Assembly (NCBI RefSeq): GCF_023055435.1
Contig: NW_025963779.1
Location: 70,556,001-70,620,000 of the forward strand
Direction: 5' to 3'
Source: Haliotis rufescens
Lineage: Eukaryota
Length of the DNA stretch: 64,000 nucleotides
Shown here: in pieces, positions 48,957-61,900 of the stretch
Layout of the letters: the number at the start of each line of letters is the position of its first letter
Position numbering within the stretch: position 1 is the stretch's first letter
Program-made: the position numbers and the translations under genes
The notes under the pieces: model-generated
Told to the model about the DNA's origin: nothing
Database searches by the model: none
Seen by the model: only the letters and a program-made list of their open reading frames with translations

Positions 48957-49661
48957 TTCTTCCAAATGCTGGTTCAAAATGTTCAGTGATTTCCTGGCTC
49001 AGAATCAACTGCAACAACAACAGCGTAACGTCGTCATCATAGTTGATTGGATAAAAAAAACCCCAAAAAACCACATCACACGGTGCAAGCAATACAATAC
49101 TTCATTTCAAACCAGGAAATGAAAACCCTTCTCTTTAGGTCCTTGTACACGTCATGTAAAACGAAACACATTGCAATAGACCTCTGATAGTTACGGGCCG
49201 GGTTAAACGAGCGTTCTTGTCATCATCACTGATACGTTCATGCAAACACAATTAATGTCGGTGTTGTGCACTTCCTTTTACCCTGCTCGTACCCTATAGA
49301 GGGAAATATTGCTTCAAATAACATTTCAGTTATTTGCGAATCCTTGGTTTTGTTATGAAGACAGGAATATATATAATAATTTTATCATCAACGTGATATG
49401 GCAGAAATCATCATGCACTGAGTCATCCAATGAATTAATGCGTAAAACGTATCGCTGGTTTCAATTATTCTTCAGTTGCGTTGATAATTGTACACTGTTT
49501 CCATATGCCTACACGTACACATACACATTTCAAATCAAACATTTGGTATCGGATGAAATTATATCGTGATTTCACGATATTTCTCACATTCTATATTTTG
49601 ACATAACTGTCGCGATAAAGACCAATCAGAATGCAACTTAGTAACTTGTTAATAAGATATA

Positions 49662-51141
49662 TACTGAACAACAAAAGTTACTCTGACATTGAATAAGATT
49701 TAATGCAGGTATGTTTTTTACTAAATCTGAAAAAAAAAATCGGTTTGCAACAGATAAAAGACTCCTGTATGTGTTCAAATGGTTTATTTTGCAATACTGA
49801 CTTCAGAAAATGCGTTATTTCATAAAAAGAAAAACATGAACATGCCAAAATGTCAATTTACAAATCAATAGCGTGTGTGTCCACCTCTGGTTGCGATGCA
49901 AGCAACACATCTTCGTCTCATGGAATAGACCAGGCGTCGCACAAAGTCCTGTGGGATATCTGTCCATATCTGCTGGAGCATGTTTCGAAGTTCCTGGATC
50001 CCGAGTGTCTGTGGAACACGTGGTTGACGTCGAAGGCGCCGATCCATCTCATCCCACATGTGCTCGATTTGTGAGAGATCTGGGGAGCGACCCGGCCAGG
50101 GGATGACATTCACGTTGTTTTGTTGAAGAGATTCCTGAACAAGTCGAGCAATATGAGACCGGGCGTTGTCATGTTGAAAGGTAATGCCTGGGCCATGACG
50201 ACGCACAAACGGTAGTACAACAGGGCCGATGATCTCGTCGCGGTAGTGCTGTCCATTGAGGTTTCCCTCTACCACTATCTTACTGGTCCTCTGTCTTGCT
50301 GTAATCCAACCCCATATCATAACCGATCTTCTTCCATGACACAATGATTGACGTAACGTTGAAATCGACGTCGGTACACTCGAATCCGCCCATCGCTGTG
50401 GCTGAGGTGAAAACGAGACTCGTCAGTGAAAAGAACTTGTCCCCACAGTATGACCGTCCAGCGTAGACGCTGTCTTCACCACTGTGGACGTGCTTGACGG
50501 TGGTTTCCTGTCAAAATGGGACGTCTGGCGGGTCTTCTGGCGACAATCCCTGCACATCTGAGGCGGCGACGTACGGTCTGTGAAGATATTCATCGTGGAT
50601 GCTTCTTGCAGTCACTGTTGCTGGCTGGAATCGATTTCGTAGGTGTGTTGTTCGAATCTAGTTGTCTTGTCGATTATTGGTTACACGTGGCCTGCCACTC
50701 CGAGGATGGTCTCTGACTGCATTCGTCTGTTGCCAACGTTGCCATAAATACCAAATGGTGTTTCTGTGGATGTTAAATTGTATTGCAACATCACGTTGAC
50801 TCGATCCTGCTTCAATCATACCAATGGCTCGCAGACGCTCATTTTCGGACTGGCGTGGCATTTCGTACAGTTGTAATGTTGAATAATTGCATAATTTTGT
50901 TTTTTTTTCTGAGTGGTTGTTGTCAGCATGAATTTAAACAATGCATATGGAATACCGTTAACGCGCATGTGTTTATAACCATTCTTGGGTTGTGAAATGC
51001 ATGGGGCTTGCATGCTTTTCTGTAGCAGTTGCGTTTTTGTGACTTGATTCCATACATGTACTACAATATTGAAAACAATGCTTTACTTGTTTGAAAAATA
51101 CACTAAAATATTGGTGTCACAGGAACTTTTGTTTTTGAGTA
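49662..51141 (-). mobile_element. Tc1/mariner DNA transposon, full length, frameshifted transposase
   Basis: TIRs tactgaacaacaaaagttactctgaca and tgtcacaggaacttttgtttttgagta in TA context. Transposase pieces: 50658-50861 (HTH, RSGRPRVT), VLFTDESRF near 50410-50440, and 49865-50344 (FQHDNAR...WPGRSPDLSQIEHMW; DD34E type). Confidence 0.92.
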
Positions 51142-52536
51142 TATATACATTACGCATTATAATTAGTCTCACGCACAAAAATGGCATTATTGATAACAAG
51201 GCAAGAAGTAAAGCATAATTACTATGTTGTATCATACATTATATACATTGATGATTTATTCCTAATCATAGGCAACAAACACTCGCTGTCATAACTTATA
51301 GTTTTACAATGGTTTTAAGTGTGTTTTGTTTTACCAAGCAACCTATACTTGTCTTCGGGGATCGGGTGTTCAGGCTCGGTGACTTGCTTTTTTGGTAGCG
51401 TGAACATTGTTCAAAACATCGTTGAAATTGTCTTGTCTAGTCTTGATTACCAAAGGTCGCCATGATACAGCTAGGATATTGTTTAGTGCTCTGGTAAATA
51501 ACAAATATAAAAATGTCAATGCAAGAGAAAAACCAGTCTTGATTATTCGCCGAAACAGATTCCATTTGGCGTAAAGGGCAGAAGGGCTGTGAAAATTATA
51601 TGAATGGATCACTGAAAATCAAGGATGACACCAGGTGTTCACGAAAATGATAACAAACAAGAAATATATGTATGATCAAGAACACTTTTATAAATAATTG
51701 TCTAATGGTATTCATTTATGTACAGCCTATGAAACGCATCGTTTATATCCGCCTGGACCTCCTGCTCTACTGGACCTACACCCTTTGTTTGTCGGGTAGG
51801 TGTCACTTAAATGCTGACTCAAAAATACTTCCTTGTTTCCTAGTCTGGATGACAGCTTGTCAGATGTATTTGTGTTAGATATTCAAATCAGTCAGATGTA
51901 AGGTTTTCTGTATTTAAGCACAACATTAAACTAATTGACGTTTTGCTATTATATCTGCACCTGCATCCCTATATTGTTTTCTCCACTGATGTTATTAGTG
52001 AATATACTCAAGACAAAGGTAACTGTGATCATGTATTGATAACTGAGCATTGTTAATCATTCTGGAGATTGTAACTGTATATATCTTTATAAATGTGTTA
52101 ATAGTTTTTTCTGTGTACAAAACAAACGCTTATCAAGACATACCAGGGACGCTGAGGTAGAAAAAAGAGTTAGAACTCAAATGATGTTTCGCTCACAACG
52201 GCTGTACTCTTATGAAGAACTAAAGTATCCATACGTTTCACCAGACGGAATTTAAAGGTTTCAAGGCTAATTTAATTAATTTTATTAATCTATACTACGA
52301 ACATTTGGTTCATGCAAGAATCCACGACCATCGGATCCTGGCATGACCAAGGGACGCCACTCTGTACATGATAACATGATTAATAATGTTACATGAACAT
52401 GTGTGTTTAGAAAAACTTAAACTTAGTCATTATATGACTGTGTGACAGGGAGGTACTTCACATAGGAATGCGTGAAGATGTCACGCATATATTTTGGATA
52501 GAAACAAAAAACTGTTAATAAACTGAAGCTGCAAGA

Positions 52537-52881
52537 GGTGAGGTGAGGTGAAATGGGGTTTAATGTCGCGTCCAAGATTTTTGCACTTATATAGCGACGT
52601 GCATGTACGTGTGTGTTTGTGTGTGTGTGGCTGTTTGTACTAGTCCGGACTGATGCCGATTTATAGTGCTAGCTCACTGAGATACCATGCCGCAGTTTAA
52701 CATGAATACCACACTCAGACACAGTATACTGACTCCGAGCCGACCAGTCCTTGTTTTAGCCCTTTAATGCCGAGAGCCAGACAGGGTAACAACAAGTACC
52801 ATCTTTTAACGTCTTTAGGTATGACGCGGCCGGGGATCGAACCCCGGGCGGACGCTCTACCACTAGACCACGGAGGCGGTC
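52537..52881 (-). mobile_element. SINE family C
   Basis: Family C consensus; TSD ctgaagct(g/a)caaga. Confidence 0.9.
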
Positions 52882-52974
52882 TGAAGCTACAAGAAATCAC
52901 TGGCATGATTGTTGATTATTTGCCGAAACTCGTCGGTACTCAGAGTTTGTCAAAAACCACACTCAAGAGAACGG

Positions 52975-53205
52975 GTGAATTTGGTTCAGATAACGCGCAT
53001 TGAATAGTATTCCAGTTATATCATGAGGTGTCAGTTTGATGCAGGTCTCAGATGTTTACCACTTTGGTGAAACCCACGAGCATGGTTATGGTACTGACAA
53101 ACCTAGAAACATAATCGAGGCGAACCGGGATTCGAACCCTGACCATAGGAACGCAACTCTGCACAGCAAATTGCGGCGTTTTTGACGACTGGGCCACCCG
53201 TGCTC
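52975..53205 (-). mobile_element. SINE family D (diverged)
   Basis: gcaggtctcagatgtttaccactttggtgaaacccacgagc...gactgggccacccgtg is the reverse complement of family D. Confidence 0.75.
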
Positions 53206-53615
53206 CATCCAAGATATGATCACATTAGATTTATTTGGATAAAAATACAAATAGACAACGCGACAGTCGGAATTACGGATTAAAAATATGAAAACGGCTC
53301 GGGGTTGTAATTTTTAAAATTCTCTTGGGACATATAATCCATAATTATTCCTCGTAGCTCGTATGTTATTCTATAATTCTTTCAGAATGCACGGAGGGAA
53401 ACTACAGAACTCAAGGGGGCGACTGAACATGTTCTTCATGTGACATACGTCCATCACACCTGACGGCCTCCTACAACACGTCATGTGTGCTGTATCAATA
53501 CGTCAAGTGAGGGTTAGGCTGTAATAACACGTGAAGTAGAGGATACCGGTTAACGTGTAACCGATGGGCGAGGTCTTGTCGGGGAGGTTGCAGGTGACGC
53601 TATTCAGGACGTACC

Positions 53616-54397
53616 TGTAATAATACAGATAACAAACGCTGCAGCTGTACCGATGGTGGTGACTGCAGATATAGCAAGGGTTACTATGGCAACAACTGCT
53701 ATGTCACCTGTTGTGACAGTTTGTGTGATGATGACGGCATGTGTCCAAATGGATGTATTCCTGGATGGCGTGGTGGCAGGTGTGTTAACCCGTAGTCACG
53801 CTGTCTCATTAGTTAGTGCGATATGAAGAACGGGACATGTATAATTTGGCTGTGTGAATGGTTTCCATGGTGACTGGTGTTAAGATGTGTGTGGCACAAT
53901 CTGTAACGATGGTCCGTGTTACCAAAACACTGGGGAATGTGATAGAGGATGAGTGTCGGGATGGTATGATCAAAGTTTGCTCAGAATATGCTAATTTGAG
54001 AGAGATTTGTCTTTAAACAGATTTTGGCGGTTATCAATCATAATCTAGATGACACTATAAACAGATATGAGCAATCGTCATTTTTCATATGTATACATAC
54101 TTAGTATGATATATGGTGTACCAAACGGTTCTTTAATACAATATTTTACATGTATTTCTTGCTATTTTGAGCAGAAGTTCCTGTTCCTGTTGCGGCGCAC
54201 AATCCCTGGTGTATTCTTCGTGCCCAGACATGCCCAGACACGCCCAGACACGGCATACCTTAAATGTACCCTCGATGGCAGACTTGATGGAATCAGCGGA
54301 CGCTGATGACTCCTACTATTCCGGAAGTACCGGACTCTCTACAGGATCGACTAAACTCTGCCCTGGTTACACACGGCTGTGCAGAAGCAGCGTGTAA
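53616..54397 (+). pseudogene. Decayed EGF-repeat receptor paralog (EGF exon fragment plus cytoplasmic-tail exon)
   Basis: 53616-53975 translates as CSCTDGGDCRYSKGYYGNNC...CIPGWRGGRC...GCVNGFHGDWC*DVCGTICNDGPCYQNTGECDRG* with in-frame stops and a frameshift. 54175-54397 is a phase-2 exon (SSCSCC...DDSYYS...) resembling the tail exon of the 24879-30118 gene and is followed by AATAAA. No TM exon is seen between them. Confidence 0.7.
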
Positions 54398-54739
54398 ATA
54401 AACCTACATCACCTGCTGAAGATCCAGAAACATTGTCAGATACTAACTGGACTAGTACTGTATAACTAATGCTGTGGCGATAAAGTGATAAGAGATAAGA
54501 TGTGGAGATACATCCCTACACCGCTTTGGGGCGATTAAATGGCCTACTTGATAGAGAGTTTGCGCTGAAGATCTGTTTGAGATTCCTCATAGGCACAACG
54601 CGTGAAGCCACTGCTTGAACATTGCTAAGAGCTGCGCAAAGACTTAACACACTCACCGCCTCAAATACCACAATACCACTGTGTCCGTTATACGATTCCG
54701 ACAATATCATATAAGTATATAATTATGGTTTTCAAAGAG

Positions 54740-54975
54740 CATTATACTACTCCCGCTCAAGTTGTTTGATTAAAATGACAACATTCTAGGCCAAAAGCTT
54801 TGAAAGGGTTTGTTAGGATGACATGTGAAGGGCATTTCCAAATTTGACGCATCAGTGACAAATATACTGTCTGATGTAATTTCCTATTTTGACTTGCACC
54901 AAATGGTCCCATGTTTCAGGTGAACGACTGACCTTGTATGTGTTTGTGATAGGTACTACTGTTGGGGCAGGATAT
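54740..54975 (+). mobile_element. Penelope-like (Naiad-type) 3' fragment
   Basis: catttccaaatttgacgcatcagtgacaaa...cctattttgacttg...ggggcaggata, shared with the other copies. Confidence 0.6.
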
Positions 54976-55161
54976 ATTTTATCGTAGATTACACTGTACT
55001 CGACATTTGTTATAGGATTGTTATAAATCTACCTAATTATCATGTATGAAATATGATATTCTTGTCACTATTAGCAAGATGTTCACATTGTCAGCTTTGA
55101 TAACTGAATAGTATAAACAGCTGAGGCTCATTGTTTGTATCAAAGTCATTTATAGCAAAAC

Positions 55162-55444
55162 GGGGGGCGCGGGTGGCCCAGTCGTCTAAGGCGCCGCGAT
55201 TCGCTGTGCAGAGTTACGTCCCTTGGGAACGCCAGAAACCTATGATTGCGGGTTCGAATCCCGATTCGCCCCGATTAAGTTTCTAGGTTTGTCAGCACCA
55301 TACCCGTGCTCCTGGGTTTCACCGAAGTGATAAACGTCTGAGACCTGCATCACTTCGGGCTTTCCTCCCACATTAAGCTGACACGCCGCGACATAACTGG
55401 AGCAGTTAAAAGCGGCGTTAAACCCAACTCACTCACTCACTCAC
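55162..55444 (+). mobile_element. tRNA-derived SINE family D
   Basis: A box TGGCCCAGTCGTCTAAGG, B box GGTTCGAATCC, (ACTC)n tail; TSD ta(t/a)agcaaaac. Confidence 0.9.
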
Positions 55445-56540
55445 TAAAGCAAAACCACGATGACGTTGAAATATGTCCCCTTTTAGTGCTGTTTTCTATT
55501 CATATTTCATTATTTGGTAACTGGTGCTTTATTCATATTCATGGGAATCCATCGTCTAGTTTTTGTAAATAGTTTTCTACCAATGAAGTGATTTGTATCC
55601 AGGAAATACTATGTCTGTACATTGTCCATTACGTTAAAATGAATTATAGAGATATAATGTCTACAGCGCGTAATCACACGAATAAACTCCTTACTGATAC
55701 ATGTGTAATTATTTCTGGTTTCAGTTAATTAGTATGGAAAAATTAAGATGAGCCATAAGAAACTCCCAAGCAGGCTACATTGTAAATTTAATTTGGCACA
55801 TGTGAAGAGATAGATTCTTCCACTGTTTATCATTTGGAACTGTCGCTGATGTTTCAGACTAACAAACTAGTTTATTTCTAAACGGTTACATATCTTTGCA
55901 TAAGTTTATGTCGAAATGCACATATACTTACAACCTAGTGCATGTTGAAAGGTTGTGTTTTCGACCAGTCTCGTTTTCTGCTGATCATCAATGAATGCTA
56001 CTGTTTTCATGTAAACTTCCTCCTCGCAACGAATATTGCCTTGCGACAAATATCCAAATAATTCAACGAGGACGTGTGCTGTTCAGGAGATACACGGAAC
56101 TTACCACTGCAATATTGAATTATTCAAATACGAGACACCTTACATTTAAGCCTAGGACTATGTATCTAGTTCCCCAACAGGCAGTGGGTCATACGTGATG
56201 TCAGGTCAAGAAGACTAACAGACAGACTGACGGATAGAGTCACCAATATTCAACAATATTCACCTGTAAATAATCGAGCATGAGCCAGACAAACCACCGA
56301 CGGATATTATGAGCAACGTATAACGCCATCAATAAACCAATTCACCGAGCCTGAACATCCGATCCAATACTGTCGCACCGTATGACCATCACAGATTGAT
56401 GGCGACCTATTCTAGGCCAGGTCACCACGGAATGCATATCCCATTACTGACTGGCAAGCGAATTGATTTTATATAATTAGTTAAACAAATTTATCATATA
56501 TTTTATAGATTATTTGATACGGATAAGGTGTACAGGGAGG

Positions 56541-56724
56541 GGAGGTGAAATAGGGTTTAATCAGGTTCAAGAATGTTGCACTTATGTAGCGACGTGAATG
56601 CAGTGACCAGTCCTTGTTTTATTCCCTTATGATAACAAAAAGTACCATATGTTAACGTCTTTTGGTATCGAACCAACGACCTTCCGTTCTCCGGGCAGAC
56701 GCTCTGTCCACTAGACCACGACGG
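56541..56724 (-). mobile_element. SINE family C, deleted copy
   Basis: Partial match to the family C head and tail. Confidence 0.7.
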
Positions 56725-56914
56725 TTTGAACAGGGAAGTGGTAACAGGATTCATAGGATTCAGGTTTGGGCGCAGATTTTTTTTTATAGCAAACAGTTTT
56801 ATTTGAATCATGAAAATACAAGTTGGGGACAAGTGATACTTGTACAAATATTTGACAACCCCCTCCCCCGATGCCACATCCATGGTGAAGAGAATTATTA
56901 TGAATGCACCGGCG

Positions 56915-57136
56915 ATGTTGTTTGTGTGTTGACGGCTATGTGACGGCGGTCTGTAAATAATTGAGTCTGGGTCAGACAATGAAGTGATTGACATCATGAA
57001 CATCGATCTACTCGAATGGGATAGGATGACATCATGCATGAAGTCAGCGAGCCTGACCATCCGATCCCGTTAGTCGCCTCTCACGACAAGCACAGTCACC
57101 TATGGGTTGCTGTAGACCAATTCCAACTTGGATCCC
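56915..57136 (-). mobile_element. SINE family B (diverged)
   Basis: gcgagcctgaccatccgatcccgttagtcgcctctcacgacaagc matches family B. Confidence 0.75.
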
Positions 57137-57490
57137 AGCGATGTACATTAATTATTTGTATTATCATATTCAAACTAATTGTCACATTAATCCGTCAAAT
57201 GAAGCGTACAGGTTGTCATACGGGTGGCATCCGCTACTCACACCATTTGCATAAAAGGTACTCCTGGCATGTTAACAAACCAGACAACCAGACAACCAGA
57301 CACTCAAGTATAAAGAGTTAAACCATGCGTCTTCAGGGTGTAGCTGTAAACGAGTTGTAGAAGGAAGGAGAAAGAGAAAGAGATAGAGTGGGGGGTAGGA
57401 ACGTGGAAATCGAAAGTGTGATTCATTCAGGTGACTGCTGTGTCAGTAGTGAGGTGGTATGGAGTGTATTATTACTGTTTTGTATTCTTT

Positions 57491-57515
57491 GGGGGGGGGG
57501 GGGGGGGGGGGGGGG
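57491..57515. repeat. Poly-G tract
   Basis: About 25 consecutive G. Confidence 0.9.
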
Positions 57516-58864
57516 TAATTCGTAGTTATTCTTATTTCGTAGGTTAATCTTTAAGCAGGCAGTCACGCGCACGCTATTAATCGTTTAGATTAACAAACGG
57601 CTAAATTATCTACTCCTTCTAAAAAATCTATCTTTCTAATGATTTTCTTTGTTTGTTTTTTGTTTTATTGCTTTTGTTAATAATTGTTTATGTGCCAAAA
57701 TCAATCAATTTGTGGATTCGTAAGCTAATTATTTTTTAATATGAAGACACTTAGACAAAAACTAAATACAAATGTTGTATCTGCGGTATTGTACGTTAAT
57801 CGATTTGTTTTGAATGCACTAGAACATACATATAGTGTGGGATATTGTTCATAATGTCATCCACTGGTTCATAAGTCTGTTAAGAATCGATTAGTTGCAA
57901 GCCGCCGTGGTATAGCTGGAATATCGCTGACTGGGTCGTAAAAGACCAGACAAACAAACAAAATGTTCATATTTGTGATCCAAACACAAACGAAAAAGAT
58001 GCGAAGTAAAAATATGTGAAATTAAGGTGCCCTTTAACAATCCAAGGTTCCGTTGAGTAATGTTAACGAGTCTTTCATTGGTAAATATTTGTCATTTAGC
58101 GAGACACCTGTTTAACTGGAATTCGAGCATTCACGTGAGTACACACAAGTGAAAGTAGAAATGTTTCCTTACGCTCGCAAGCTTGGATATTTCACTGAGA
58201 TCTGACCACAACTGTCCATGTTGCCCTTGTCAAATACCTCAGACTAAATTAAACTTATTCCCTCTACGTATCTGTGTTTCAGTTTGATATGAACTATCTC
58301 TTCCTTCTGAACAACCTAGACTGAATTACACACACAAACAATCCGTCGGACACCAACTGTGATCCTTTTTATGTGTTACATTAGACTGAGGTAATATTAT
58401 CAATTGTTAGAAAAATTTAAAGAAAAATTGTAAAGAAAATGTAAGGAAAAGCAAACTGTCAATGTGTTATAGCTGCTAATACTGCAGTAGGAAGCTTATG
58501 TATGGTATGGACCCCGACTGTTTATACAGACATTTTAACATGCGAGATGTATTCTTTTGATATTGTATATTACGAAGCGTTGACGATCCATCAAGTTGGT
58601 GCATATTTTGATGTATTTCATATGTACACACGCATGGCTATAAATAGTTTGGGTAAACCCATCATATTTCCGGGTACAGAGGTGGTTCTATTGTCGAATC
58701 TAAGTGAACAGGGAAATAGAATTATGAATCATCCTGACGGCTGTGTTGCAATGTGATGTACACACCATGAGGGAAGGCTGTTTCTAAACCAACATAATCA
58801 CAGTGACGACTTAATTCACAAGAGAGGCAGAGAGGCTACATGTGATTTCAACAGGAGAAGAAAC

Positions 58865-61254
58865 ATGGAGGTAATATATAGTTAAGTTTATAACATCATC
58901 TAATGGATATTAATTATCTGAATGCAAAAAATAACAATTGGAATGGACAATTTTCAATCAAACCGTAGCATGTCAGTTAGACTAACATATAATCCCTGAA
59001 ATAAATATACGCGACAAAAATATTATAATAAAAGGAGAAAGAAGTTCATTGCACGCGTTTATGAATCATTGTCAAATATAGTGATGATACCAGGTGATTG
59101 CGAAAGGGTAAGCGTATCGTTATTTCCTGTACTGTTTCTCTATTCCAGACACGGCTGCTTGCATATTGCTGGATCGTGATCATTGCAACATTCATAGCAG
59201 GATCTGGTACGTCTGCATTTTATCGTATCTGAGTCACTTGTTTATGACCTCTGCCCACCCTGATGTACACTAATATAGCAATTAATTAGAATCATTGATA
59301 CCAAAAAGTTAAAACTTAATCAAGGGCCATAATTTGCCATTAACGGCGTCGTCATTGTAAACCAGAGAATGTTCCACAAAATTGTAACCCAGGACACCTC
59401 TGGTGATACAGTTGATACAGATGATATTTCTTTGTAACAGTACATGTGTACACCGCACTAGTATCTTCTTATATTTTGCCTTTGGCTAGAATCTTGTGTG
59501 GACACATTGGGGGATCAGTGCAAGAAATTGGATTGTTCACAACCAGGAATAGATGTCAGCTGTGCGAAGACGTGTGCCACTTGCCGAGAAGAAGGTTTGT
59601 CATAGAACTATGATTCCTTTATCTGTTTCTCGTTCCTTAAGTTAACCTTAACTTTGGTTAACATGCACAACTTAACCAAATGTTATGTATACAGAGTACA
59701 CAATTCGGATAAGATCTTGATTGCTGTTGTTGTTTCGTATTTCTATATATGTTAACTTCTAAACACAATATATTGATGATATTCGTTGATATACAATATC
59801 TGCCGAAAACAGAGTTTAATAAGTATTCAATGCAAATGTCAATTACAGTTTCTTCATAATACTTTCCTAATAATACGACATTAATTGTGCAGGTTGTGCA
59901 AAAGGTTACTACAGGACAGCTGAGAGTATCTGTGAATCCTGTGCCAATCCGCCGCTATCGGTATCAAATCGTACTCACTCATACAACAGTTCCTGTCTGG
60001 AAGAGTGTCCCGATGGCAAGTGGGGACTTGACTGTAATACAAACTGCGGCATTGGGTGTACGTCTACTTGTTGCAGGTGGACTGGTCTATGCCATGGTGA
60101 ATGTAAACGCTGCTACTGGGGTCCTAAATGTAATCATATACATGACGGGTGTAACTGTGACCAAACCACCGGGGAATGTATGTGTAAAAAAGGACGTTAT
60201 GGAGAAACGTGTTACTCACAGTGCTCATCTCAATGTGGAGGCGATGTATGCGATACCACAGGTACGTGTTCGAGCGGATGCAAGGAAGGTTGGTCTGGCA
60301 AGATGTGCGATCACTCCTGTGTAAACTGTTTACTGAGCAAGTGCATGGCTGATGGAACCTGTACACATGGTTGCAAGGCTGGTTTCTATGGTAACTTGTG
60401 TCAGGTCGCATGTAATGAACACTGTAACAATATTATATGTAGATGGAACACAGGCGAGTGTGACGAGGGATGTACTGCTGGGTGGTATAGTGGCAGATGT
60501 GACATCAGATGTCCAGGAAACTGTGCTTCAGAATTGTGTAACAGAACTGATGGTGCATGTTCACACTGTAAGAATAGTTTCATGGGTTCTAACTGTAACA
60601 CACCATGTCCACATAATTGTGGTACGAAGACATGCAAACAAAAGGACGGTTCGTGTGTCAAGTGTAAAGTTGGCTACAGCGGATCTCACTGTAACACACC
60701 TTGTCCAGACCAGTGTGCCACAGATGCCTGTGAACAACATGGAGCTTCCTGCACAGGATGCAAACCTGGCTATAAAGGTCCACACTGCGACACCCGGTGT
60801 CCAGATAAATGTTCGAGTTGTCACCAATCTGAAAATACATGTATCTCATGCAATGCTAACTGGTACGGGGGAACATGTGGCAAATCTTGCAACACATGTC
60901 TGAATGGTACATGCAACATAAATGATGGAGCCTGCCTATATGGATGTAAACCTGGTAGCTATGGACACCGCTGTAATAGAACCTGTAATGAAAACTGCTT
61001 AAAGACAGAATGTTTCCGTGACTCGGGAAACTGTACACACGGATGTAAGGACGGCTGGTGGGGGCCTCAGTGTAACAGCAGATGTCCGTCACACTGTGCC
61101 AGGTGTGATAGAGTTGATGCTGCATGTCTGGAATGTGAGGAGAACTACTATGGAGAGAACTGTAGCAGCAGGTGTTCACCCAGGTGCGGCAGCTGTAACA
61201 GAACAGGACACTGTCTTACCTGTGCTGAAGGCTGGGAGGGAGACAACTGTCATG
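58865..61254 (+). CDS. ShKT-domain + multiple EGF-like repeat protein (MEGF/SCARF-like), 5' part; downstream exons not identified in the window
   Basis: Exons 58865-58870 (ME), 59149-59206 (signal peptide TRLLAYCWIVIIATFIAGS), 59490-59594 (SCVDTLGDQCKKLDCSQPGIDVSCAKTCATC, ShKT-like) and 59893-61254 (EGF repeats, in frame with ORF 60180-61373, donor CATG|gtaacg). Confidence 0.85.
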
Positions 61255-61621
61255 GTAACGTTCCTTTTGTTAGCTCACCTGACAGAAGGAAACGGCGTTT
61301 GGGCCGAGACACCATTTCCCTCCACTGTGTTGCAAAACTAACGTATTTCTTAAGTATGTGTCTTTATGTGTAAGCTGCGGAAGTAATTCAAAGGTAACCT
61401 ATCATTTATAGTTTCAACAAAATCATGAACGAGCTCCTGTGTTACTGGATTGCCTAGCAAAGATTCAACCGTCGCATAGCATTAGTATTGTTGTGCGGCG
61501 TTAACAACAAACAAACACTAACATTTTTATGTTGTGTAAGTTGCGGCTGCTACATACCTTTTAACTAACCCCTGGTGAATTTTTCAGTGATCAATTGTCA
61601 TAATGTTCCTTAAATGTTGTA

Positions 61622-61900
61622 GGTGGCACGGGTGGCCCAGTCGTCTAAGGCGCCGCGATTCGCTGTGCAGAGGTGCGTCCCTTGGGCACGCCAGAAACCT
61701 ATGATTGTGGGTTCGAATCCCGGTTCGCCCCGATTATGTTTCTAGGTTTGTCAGCACCATACCCGTGCTCGTGGGTTTCACCGAAGTGGTAAACGTCTGA
61801 GACCTGCATCACTTCGGGCTTTCCTCCCACATTAAGCTGACACGCCGCGATATAACTGGAATATTGTTAATGCGGCGTTAAACCCAACTCACTCACTCAC
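61622..61900 (+). mobile_element. SINE family D
   Basis: Nearly identical to 55162-55444; TSD cttaaatgttgta. Confidence 0.9.

Noticed and set aside
53790-53955. In-frame stops in the EGF fragment as selenocysteine or recoding
   Set aside because: The stops include TAG and TAA as well as TGA, plus a frameshift, which fits ordinary pseudogene decay
61255-61373. ORF extension NVPFVSS...MCLYV as the real C-terminus of the EGF protein
   Set aside because: A phase-1 donor (CATG|gtaacg) lies at the same position as in the paralog, so the extension is most likely intron read-through
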